DNA of 64,000 nucleotides from Nitrospira sp. (GTDB lineage Bacteria; Nitrospirota; Nitrospiria; Nitrospirales; Nitrospiraceae): NCBI GenBank assembly GCA_047150005.1, contig AP038806.1, positions 3,104,001 to 3,168,000 of the forward strand, read 5' to 3'. Shown piece by piece: positions 20,202 to 29,500 of this stretch (position 1 is its first letter; each line of letters starts with the position of its first letter). The notes under the pieces were generated by a model. It saw only the letters and a program-made list of their open reading frames with translations, ran no database searches and was not told where the DNA came from. The position numbers and the translations under genes were made by a program.

Positions 20202-20395
20202 TCAGGCTTCCGCTGTGGAGGTCTCGGCGCGGATCTGTAGGAAATCCTGATGCACCGGAATCCGGTAGCTGCCGTCGGAAGACGCGAAGTTGGCCTGGAG
20301 ATAGGCTTCCACGTCGCGCTTCGCGGGTGCGTTTGTCATGTCCAACAGATTGAGCATGAATTCCGCGACCGCATAGGTCTTAGTCAGGTCCAGGG
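20202..20395 (-). pseudogene. C-terminal gene remnant, possibly from a SAM-dependent methyltransferase
   Basis: Protein-like C-terminus (AEFMLNLL...YLQANF...YRIPVHQDFLQIR) with no convincing start or N-terminal domain. Family assignment is from memory and weak. Confidence 0.35.
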
Positions 20396-20590
20396 TACAC
20401 GCTCCTGATCGGCCATCCTGAACCTCCGTCGTGTGGCTCCTATACCATCGAGCGGCCATGTGTGCCTATCGCAAAATTGACACAAGCCACACACAGACCT
20501 TCGCGCGGATAGCGGACCTCCTATAGGATTCTTTGCGTGTAAGTCAAATACATCGAACCGTAGGAGGGTGCGCGGTTCAGCACTGACAGG

Positions 20591-21337
20591 TCAATGGCTT
20601 GACGTGGGCAGGGGCCGATCGAAGTGCAGCGAGATTCCGAAGACGAAGATTTGAGAGGAATAGTCCCCTTGGGCGCTGTCGGTTCGAAGCGTCGCCCGGT
20701 TGTATTTGAACTCTCCGAAAAGCGCCAGCTGCGGCATCACAAAATAGCGGGCGCCGGCGATGAGGTTGACCCCGACACTGACGTTCGTATCGCCGCTCGT
20801 CGTGAAGAACAGCGCCGGGCCGATTCCGCCGTAGGGTTCGAGCTCCGCGACCAAGGATGGGCTGCGCACGATCGCGTTGATGGCCCAGGTCGTCAGCTGC
20901 ATGTGAGAGCCGGGCATCGTCTCCGAGAAGACCTTTCCGGGAACGCCGCCCACGACGGTCTGCTGCTTGATATTCAACTGCGACGAGAAGGCCTCTGTTT
21001 CGAGGCCGAACCACTCGCGTTTGGGGAAGAAAAATCCGACCTTCGCCCCATAGAACGGAGAGGCTTTCTCCATGTCGATGTCGGTGACGCGTGCGTCGGT
21101 CACGCCTCCGGCCAAAGTGGGACTACTCACCGTAGCATTGGACAAGCTGCCCGGCAGGATGACGCCGGTCTGGCCGACCACATACCATTCTCCCTGTACG
21201 GGAAATACGCTGAGAAATACGACGGCACCGAAACAGAGCGCTGCTGCAACGAAGCGTCGCGCGACAATCGTGTTCAATACACGGCCTTCATTGACGTTCA
21301 GATCATACTGAGGGACCGACTGTCCCCATGTTAGCAC
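20591..21337 (-). CDS. Outer-membrane beta-barrel protein
   Basis: Signal peptide. Amphipathic strands (FYGAKVGFF, PYGGIG, AGARYF, LFGEFKY, VFGISLHF). Start uncertain. Confidence 0.85.
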   Translation of the reverse strand: MLTWGQSVPQYDLNVNEGRVLNTIVARRFVAAALCFGAVVFLSVFPVQGEWYVVGQTGVILPGSLSNATVSSPTLAGGVTDARVTDIDMEKASPFYGAKVGFFFPKREWFGLETEAFSSQLNIKQQTVVGGVPGKVFSETMPGSHMQLTTWAINAIVRSPSLVAELEPYGGIGPALFFTTSGDTNVSVGVNLIAGARYFVMPQLALFGEFKYNRATLRTDSAQGDYSSQIFVFGISLHFDRPLPTSSH

Positions 21338-21374
21338 GTTTGACGACGCCGACAGGTGAGTTGGTGAAAAAAAT

Positions 21375-21419
21375 CCGGTTTCACCCGGCAGTGTCGATAC
21401 TACCGGTTGAAAATCCGGA
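21375..21419. promoter_or_regulatory. Long imperfect inverted repeat between divergent genes
   Basis: CCGGTTTCACCCGGCAGTG-TCGA-TACTACCGGTTGAAAATCCGG; the two arms are largely complementary. Confidence 0.4.
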
Positions 21420-21467
21420 GGTGCTCTTGTTGTAGTATGGCGTCATGACGAGCTGCGAGGTGACGAC

Positions 21468-22031
21468 ATGAACCAAGACAATCATCCCGTGCCGGAATGC
21501 GCCGTGTTTGTCGGTATCAGTCTCGACGGATTCATTGCGCGCGCTAACGGCGATCTCGATTGGCTGATGGGCGAGGGCGGCGGCGACAGCTCAGAGTATG
21601 GGTACAACGAGTTCATCGCCGACATCGACGCAATCGTCATGGGTCGAAAGACGTTTGAGAAAGTGTTGACGTTCGACAAGTGGTATTACGGCCGCAAGCG
21701 CGTGGTCGTCCTGAGCACGCGTTCTCTCGATCTCTCCGTCGCACAGGCGCGCGGAGGCATGGTCGAGCTGATGGCCGGGTCTCCGGTTCAGATCCTCTCC
21801 GAGCTGGCCGCGGACGGTGCGCGGCGGCTCTACGTGGACGGTGGCGTCACGATTCAGGAATTCCTGCGCGCGGGACTCATACGCCGTCTGATCATCAGTC
21901 GTCTGCCCGTGCTGATCGGCGCGGGCATTCCGCTCTTCGGCTCCCTCCCGCGCGACATCCGTCTTCGGCATGTCACGACGCGTACCTATCCTGGGGGCAT
22001 GGTCCAAAGCGAGTACCGGATTGATGCATGA
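21468..22031 (+). CDS. Dihydrofolate reductase / RibD C-terminal family protein
   Basis: ISLDGFIA, VMGRKTF, YVDGG and PVLIGAGIPLF. Confidence 0.92.
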   Translation: MNQDNHPVPECAVFVGISLDGFIARANGDLDWLMGEGGGDSSEYGYNEFIADIDAIVMGRKTFEKVLTFDKWYYGRKRVVVLSTRSLDLSVAQARGGMVELMAGSPVQILSELAADGARRLYVDGGVTIQEFLRAGLIRRLIISRLPVLIGAGIPLFGSLPRDIRLRHVTTRTYPGGMVQSEYRIDA

Positions 22032-22165
22032 ACCGGAAGCACGTCCGGGAGTGCTAATGGAGAGTCGGAGGTTCATTTCGAGTCTCGTACGGTCGCCTAT
22101 TATGGTTGCCAAGGGGAAGAGTACATCGAACGCTATCCGATGGTTGCGGTGAAGTCGTACGTCTC

Positions 22166-23497
22166 ATGACTCAATCACTCCGTGGAAAGTCTGTCATCGT
22201 CGTTGGGGCCGGTCTGGCTGGGTTGACCGCTGCGGTGGAACTGCAGCGGGAGGGCATGACCGTGACGGTGTTGGAAGGCCAGGAACGGGTCGGCGGCAGG
22301 GTGTTGACGATCAGGAACGGATTTGCCGATGGACAGTATGCCGAGGCCGGCGCCGAGTTTATCGATGAGGATCACGAAGAGACCTGTCGGCTGGTCCGCA
22401 GTGTCAATCTCAGGCTCGTGCCGGTGTTGCAAGAAGGGTTCGGCTTTGCCTTGTCGTCCGGGGGACGAGTCCGCCGCGTTTCGGGGAATGGACTGTGGAA
22501 GTCGCTGGCGCAGCAGCTGGCTCCGCTGATTCGAGCCTATCAGCTGGGCGAACAGCGCTGGGACGGAGGGGTGGCGGCCGAATTGGGATCCGTGTCCGTG
22601 GCTGAATGGATGAAGGGCCGGTTGCTGCCGCGGGAACTGCGCGAGATGCTCGTCGGGTTGCGTGGGTTTTTCCTGGCCGATCCTGCCGACCTGTCGCTGC
22701 TCAGTTTGGTCGATCAGGTGGCTTCCGGTAGTTCCGGGAAGGGCGGCATGTACCGGATCGCGGGCGGCAACGATCGGCTCCCGGAGGCGCTTGCGGCGCG
22801 ACTGTCGGACCGGCTGTTGCTCCGGCATGAAGTACTGGCGGTCTCCCAGTCCAAACAGTCCGTTCGTGTGCGTATTCGGACCGAGCATCAGGAATCCTGG
22901 CTTCGATCCGACCATGTCATTCTCGCGCTTCCGGCTACGAAGGTGCGGACGCTCGATATCAAACCGGCGTTGCCTCCCGAGCAGGCCGCCGCTTTCTCGA
23001 CCTTGTCCTACGGGGCGGTCACCAAGGTGCTGCTGCAGTTCGAGCGCCGGTTTTGGAAACGGCGGCATCAGCCGTTGGCCTACGGGACCAATCTGCCGAT
23101 CGGAGCCGTATGGGATGCCAACGAACAACAGAAAGGCAAGCACGGGATCCTGTGTCTCATGGCCGGAGGAGAGACAAGTCGGGCCACGAGACAACTCGCA
23201 TCAGGCAGCGCGGCCGGTATCGTACGGACGCTCCGCTGGCTCGGCGCGTCACGGACACAGGCGGTCGCGATGCAATCCGTCACGTGGGAGCGGAATCCCT
23301 GGGTTCGAGGCGGCTATGCCGTGTTTGGTCCAGGGTTCGACCCGACGTGGCGATCATGGCTTGCCCGCCCGCACGGTCGTCTGTTCTTTGCCGGTGAACA
23401 TACCAGTCTGCGATGGCAAGGCTATATGAATGGTGCGGTAGAGAGCGGATTGCGAGCCGCAGCCGAGATCCAAGCCTATCGAAGGTTCCGCCATTGA
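22166..23497 (+). CDS. Flavin-dependent monoamine oxidase family protein
   Basis: GAGLAGL FAD motif, RVGGRV, EAGAEFI and FAGEHT...GYMNGAVESG. Confidence 0.92.
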   Translation: MTQSLRGKSVIVVGAGLAGLTAAVELQREGMTVTVLEGQERVGGRVLTIRNGFADGQYAEAGAEFIDEDHEETCRLVRSVNLRLVPVLQEGFGFALSSGGRVRRVSGNGLWKSLAQQLAPLIRAYQLGEQRWDGGVAAELGSVSVAEWMKGRLLPRELREMLVGLRGFFLADPADLSLLSLVDQVASGSSGKGGMYRIAGGNDRLPEALAARLSDRLLLRHEVLAVSQSKQSVRVRIRTEHQESWLRSDHVILALPATKVRTLDIKPALPPEQAAAFSTLSYGAVTKVLLQFERRFWKRRHQPLAYGTNLPIGAVWDANEQQKGKHGILCLMAGGETSRATRQLASGSAAGIVRTLRWLGASRTQAVAMQSVTWERNPWVRGGYAVFGPGFDPTWRSWLARPHGRLFFAGEHTSLRWQGYMNGAVESGLRAAAEIQAYRRFRH

Positions 23498-23557
23498 CTC
23501 GTTCGTGTGTTTCAGGCACGTTGGCGTCCGCGCCGTGCACCGGCTGAGGACGCAGAG

Positions 23558-26500
23558 ATGCCCGAGGCGACAAGAACGGAAGACCGAGGCAAAGAACCGA
23601 GAGAAAACTCCTTTCAGATTACGCCGCCGGCGATCGCGCTGCCAAAAGGCGGAGGCGCCATCCGCGGCATCGGCGAAAAGTTCGGCGTCAATCCTGTTAC
23701 AGGGACCGGGTCGCTGACGATTCCCATCTTTACCAGTCCGGGACGAGCCGGATTCGGGCCGCAGCTTTCGCTTTCCTATGATTCGGGAGCGGGGAACGGA
23801 CCTTTCGGATTGGGTTGGGATCTTTCCCTTCCTTCCATCATCCGAAAGACCGACAAAGGCCTGCCTCGGTACATGGACGCGGAAGACTCCGACGTGTTCA
23901 TCCTGTCCGGCGCCGAGGATCTTGTTCCGTCTCTCATCGAGCAGGGCCATGCCTGGGTGCCTGACCCCGTGCCGCCGAGAACCATCGGGACCGTGACCTA
24001 CGACATTCGCCGCTATCGGCCTCGTATCGAGGGCCTCTTTGCCCGCATCGAGCGCTGGGCGAATCAGAACGATGCAACGGACGTCTGCTGGCGATCAATC
24101 TCCAAGGACAACATCACGACCTGGTACGGCAAAACCTCGGAAAGCCGAATCTTCGACCCTGGCGATCCTTCGCACATCTTCAGTTGGCTCATGTGCGAGC
24201 GCTATGACGACAAGGGCAATGCCGTCCGCTGTGAGTACAAGGGAGAAGATTCGGAACGTGTCTTATCGAACCATGCACACGAGAAAAATCGAACGACGGC
24301 AGGGCGCGCTGCGAATCGATACCTCAAACGCATCAAATACGGAAACAAGGCGTCACGCTTGGTCGAGCCGGATCTGGATCGAGCCGAGTGGCTGTTCGAA
24401 GTCGTGTTCGACTATGGAGAACATGATCCAAATGTGCCATTGCCGTGGCAAGAGGTGAAGACGTGGGATTGCCGGCAAGATCCGTTCTCCACCTATCGCG
24501 CCGGCTTCGAAGTGCGGACCTATCGGCTGTGCCGGCGTGTACTGATGTTTCACCATTTTCCGGACGAAGATGTAGGAGAAGATTGTCTCGTCCGTTCCAC
24601 GGATTTTACTTATTCCGCTGAAACGCATCCGAACGACGCTCGCCATCCCATGTACTCGTTCATCGAGTCCGTGGAGCAGGCGGCCTATCAACGTAACCTA
24701 GGGGGAACGTACGACCGGCGCTCGTTTCCCCCCGTCACCTTTGAATACGCTGCAGCGGAAGTGAGCGAGACGATTCGTGACGTCGATCCGGCCAGCTTGG
24801 AAAACCTTCCGAGCGGTTTGGACGGCGGTCACTATCAATGGGTGGATCTGGACGGCGAGGGACTATCGGGTATTCTCACCGAGCAAGGTAGCGGCTGGTT
24901 CTACAAGCGAAATCTGAGTCCCGCTACGGAGCGGGAGGTCGACGGCCAAAAGGTTGCGGACGTGCGTCTTGCGCCGGTCGAACTCGTGGCTTCCAAGCCC
25001 TCCTTGGCGGCGCTTCGTGCCGGTGGACAGCAACTGCTCGATCTGGCGGGTGATGGGCAGCTCGACCTTGTCTCACTTGAGGGGGCCGTGCAAGGTTTCT
25101 ACGAGCGAAGAGCTGATGAGCAATGGGAGACCTTCAAGCCCTTTCAATCGATTCCAAATCGTAACTGGTCCGATCCCAATCTGAAGTTTATCGACTTGAC
25201 CGGCGATGGCCACGCCGATGTGATGATCACGGAGGACGAGGTGCTTTGCTGGCATCCATCTCTGGCCGAGGAGGGATTCGGACCGGCGTCCTACGTGCGG
25301 CAGGCGAAAGACGAGGAAGTGGGTCCGCGTCTCGTGTCCGCGGATCGCACGGAGTCGATCGTTCTCGCAGACATGTCGGGGGACGGGCTCATTGATCTCG
25401 TGCGCATTCGCAACGGAGCAGTCTGTTACTGGCCGAACCTGGGATACGGGCGTTTTGGGACCAAAGTCACCATGGACCAGTCGCCCTGGTTCGACCCGCC
25501 TGGCCTCTTCGACCCACGACGCATTCGCTTGGCCGACGTCGACGGCTCAGGAACGACGGACATCCTCTATCTGAACGAACAAGGTGTGCATATCTATTTC
25601 AATCAGTCCGGAAATGGATGGAGCGTCCGCCGATCACTGAAAGCTTTCCCGCCGATGGACAATCTCGCAAGTATCATGACGGCGGATCTTCTGGGGAATG
25701 CCACGGCTTGCCTTGTCTGGTCGTCGCCGCTTCCAGGGAATGCGCGACAGCCGATGCGCTATGTGGATCTTATGGGAGGCCAGAAGCCGCATCTCATGAT
25801 CCGCATGACGAACAACCTCGGTGCCGAGACCTGCATCCAATACGCGCCGTCGACAAAGTTTTACGTCACCGACCGCCTTGCCGGGAGGCCGTGGATTACC
25901 AAGATTCCTTTCCCGGTGCATTGCGTGGAAAAAGTGACAGTGTCGGATAAATGGCGCAAGACGAAGTTTGCGTCGGCCTATAGCTATCATCACGGTTATT
26001 TCGACGGTATCGAGCGGGAGTTTCGCGGATTCGGCTGCATCGAACAGATCGATACCGAAGACTATGGAGTCTTCGCCGACGGGAACGCCGACAGCCCCTA
26101 TATCACCGATGCCAAGGAACTCTATCAGCCGCCGATCAAGACCGTGACCTGGTTTCACACGGGAGCATGGCTCGATCGAGACAAAATCCTGTCACACTTC
26201 CAGGACGAATATTTCCCGAATTGGTTCGAGGCGCTCAGGCCCGGCGAAGCCAATGTGCTCGGCGGCTTCCAGGAGCATCGGCTGCCGGAGCCCGATCTGA
26301 TCGCCCAGGAGCTTTCTGCAGAGGAATGGCGCGAGGCGTTGCGAGCCTGCAAGGGCATGGTGCTTCGGCGGGAAATCTACGAGCTCGACGTGGACCAGCT
26401 GGCCGACGGAGCAGAGGTGCCGGTCAAGCTGTTCTCGACCGCATACCACAATTGCCATATTCAGCGGTTGCAACCTCGAAACGACAATCCATACGCGATA

Positions 26501-29500
26501 TTTCTCGTCACCGAAAGCGAGTCCATTACCTATCAGTATGAGTTGGACCTGACGTCGGGTAGCCTCACACCCGACCCTCGTGTCACCCATACGTTGAACC
26601 TGCGCATCGACGAGCTCGGCAACGTCCAGCAAGCCGTTGCGGCGGTGTACCCTCGATTCGGCCGGCACCGGGATGCGTCGCTGCCGAATGGGACCGAAGA
26701 CCTCATTGCCGCAGTCCAACAAGAACGGCACCTCCTTTACACCGAGACGCGCTACACGCAGGACGTCGGCACCGAGGATGATTATCGCCTTCGGCTGCCT
26801 TGCGAGGTTTCCAGCTATGACCTGACGGGACTCCAGCCATCCAACGGCAATTATTGTTCTGTGAAGGAATTGCGCAACTATCGGCTGAGCCCGCAACGGT
26901 ATCAAATCCTACCAATGCCGGATGATATTGACGTTGCCGATATCCCCTATCAGCAAGTGCCGGACGAGACATCAGTCCAGAAACGCTTGGTCGAACGGGT
27001 CCGCACGTTGTTTTTCGACGAAGGTCTGATGACCTTTTTACCTCTCGGCGAGCTCAATGGCCTCGCCTTGAAATACGAGGATTACAAGCTGGCATTGACC
27101 GAGGATCTGCTCGATGCCGTCTATGGTGACAAGCTCACGCCGCCGGTCCGTGGTGACCTTGCTGATTCGGCGAGCAGCGGATATATGAGCGGGCAGTCTC
27201 TCAGCGATCGCTTCCCGAATGAAACGACCGACGGGGAATATTGGATCCGGTCCGGGACCGCCGGATTTGCCGGCCGCGCCGCCGCCCATTTTTGTTTGCC
27301 CGAGCGGTATGCCGATTCCTTCGGAAAAGTCACGACGCTCGCATTCGATCAGGCCTACCACCTGTTCATCGAGTCCAGTGCCGATGCCCTGGGAAATATC
27401 GTCGGCATCGAGGCCTTCGACTATCGCGTGCTCGCTCCGTCGGCGATGAAGGACATGAACGATAACCTGACGGAGATACGCTACGACGTCCTTGGTTTGC
27501 CCGCCGTTCTGGCGGTGAAAGGAAAAGGGAACGAGGGAGATAACCTGAATGGTCTCACCCCCGCTGTGCTTAATCCATCACTTGACCAGTTGAACGGCTA
27601 CTTCCAAGGGGCGTTTGACGAAACAGAAGCGCGTCGTCTGCTCGGCAACGCCACCGCTCGGTATGTCTACCATATGGGAGAGGAACGGCAAGGCGCGCAA
27701 GTCGTGTTCGGCGTTTATCCACCGGCGGCCAGCTCCATTCTGCGTGAGCGACATGTGGGCCAGCTCGGCCTGGCTGAAGAAAGCCCGCTGCAAGTAGCGT
27801 TCGAATATTCCGACGGCCTGGGGGCCTTGTTGGTCAAGAAGTCACAGGCTGAACCGGCAATGGGTAGTACGGCGTTGCGCTGGGTCGCCTCGGGCAAGAC
27901 CGTCTTGAACAACAAGGGCAAACCGGTCAAGCAATACGAACCGTACTTCAGTAGGAACGAGCATCGATTCGACGACACCGAGGCTGAAGCTGAAATCGGC
28001 GTCACACCGATCATGTATTACGATGCCGTGGGGCGGCTCATCCGCACCGAACGGCCCGACGGCGCCTTGAGCCGCGTCGAATTCTCGCCCTGGCACGTTG
28101 CGAGCTTCGATCTCAACGACACGGCCTATGATCCGAGGGGACATGCCCACAGCGATTGGTACAGGCGCAGGAAGGATGCCGCTCATCCGCGGTTCGCCGA
28201 GTTCGACAGCCCGGAGAATCAACGGGCTGCCGATCTCGTGAAAGTTCATGCCGTCACGCCGGCGCAGGTCTTCCTCGACAGTCTCGGCCGTGAGGTCGTC
28301 GCGGTCGGACATAATGCATTCGCCTATCCCAATGGCGGCACGAGCGGAAACGAACGATATGTCACCTTCACCAAACTTGATGCCGAAGGCAAGCCGCTTT
28401 GGATCAGAGACGCCAATCGCAATCTCGTGATGCAGTACATCACGCCTCCGAAGCCGACACGTTGGAGCGAGCAGCCGGATGAAACGGTGCTCGCCGACGC
28501 CGTGCCCTGCTACGATGTGGCCGGAAATCTGTTGCATCAGCACAGCATGGATGCCGGCGAACGATGGACGCTGAACGACGCAGCGGGCAAGCCCCTCTAT
28601 GCCTGGGATCTCAACGAGCGCCGTGAGTCCAACGGCACCGTCGTCATTGAGAACCGGCTGTTTCAGACGAAATACGATGCGCTCCATCGTCCGTCTGAAC
28701 GATGGTTGGCGATCAATGGCGGCGCGCCCCAGCTGATCGAGCGGTTCGTGTACGGAGAAGCCTCGGCGAACGCGAAGCAGGACAATTTGCGCGGCCGGCT
28801 TCGTGAGCATTTCGACCAAAGCGGCCGCAAGACGGCGGAGGCGTATGACTTCAAAGGAAACGCGCTGACGGCTACGCGACAACTCGCCGCGGGCTATCGC
28901 GAGCCGGTCATCGGATGGCAGCCCGGCAGTTCGACCGCGGATTTCGATCCTGAAATCTTTTTCCAACAAACTGAATACGATGCCCTGAATCGAATGACTC
29001 GCCTTTATAACTGGCATCGGGGAGTCGGAAGCCGTGTGGCCGTCTATGAACCGGCGTATAACCAGCGCGGGATCCTCTACCGCCAAGATGTGGTCATTCG
29101 TGCGCTCAAGACGGCGAATGGCTATCAGGAGAATGCCCAGAGCCGGCGTACGGCAGCGGTCGAGAGAATTTCCTACAACGCGAGAGATCAGCGGGAGCGG
29201 ATCGAGTATGGAAATGGCACGGTCACGCGCTACGAATACGATCCCGAAACGTTCCGCCTCGTCCAGTTGCGCACGACGAGGCCGGCGTACGATCCAGCCT
29301 TTCCGAGTCGCCGGTCGCAGTTCAAGAACGACCGTGTGCTCCAGAACCTGTTCTACACCTACGATCCCGTCGGCAACATCATGGAAATCGAAGACGATGC
29401 GTATGAACCGGCGTTCTTCGACAACCAGCAGGTCGATCCCAAGAGCCAGTATGTCTATGATGCGCTGTACCGGTTGATCTTTGCGATGGGGCGCCAAAAC

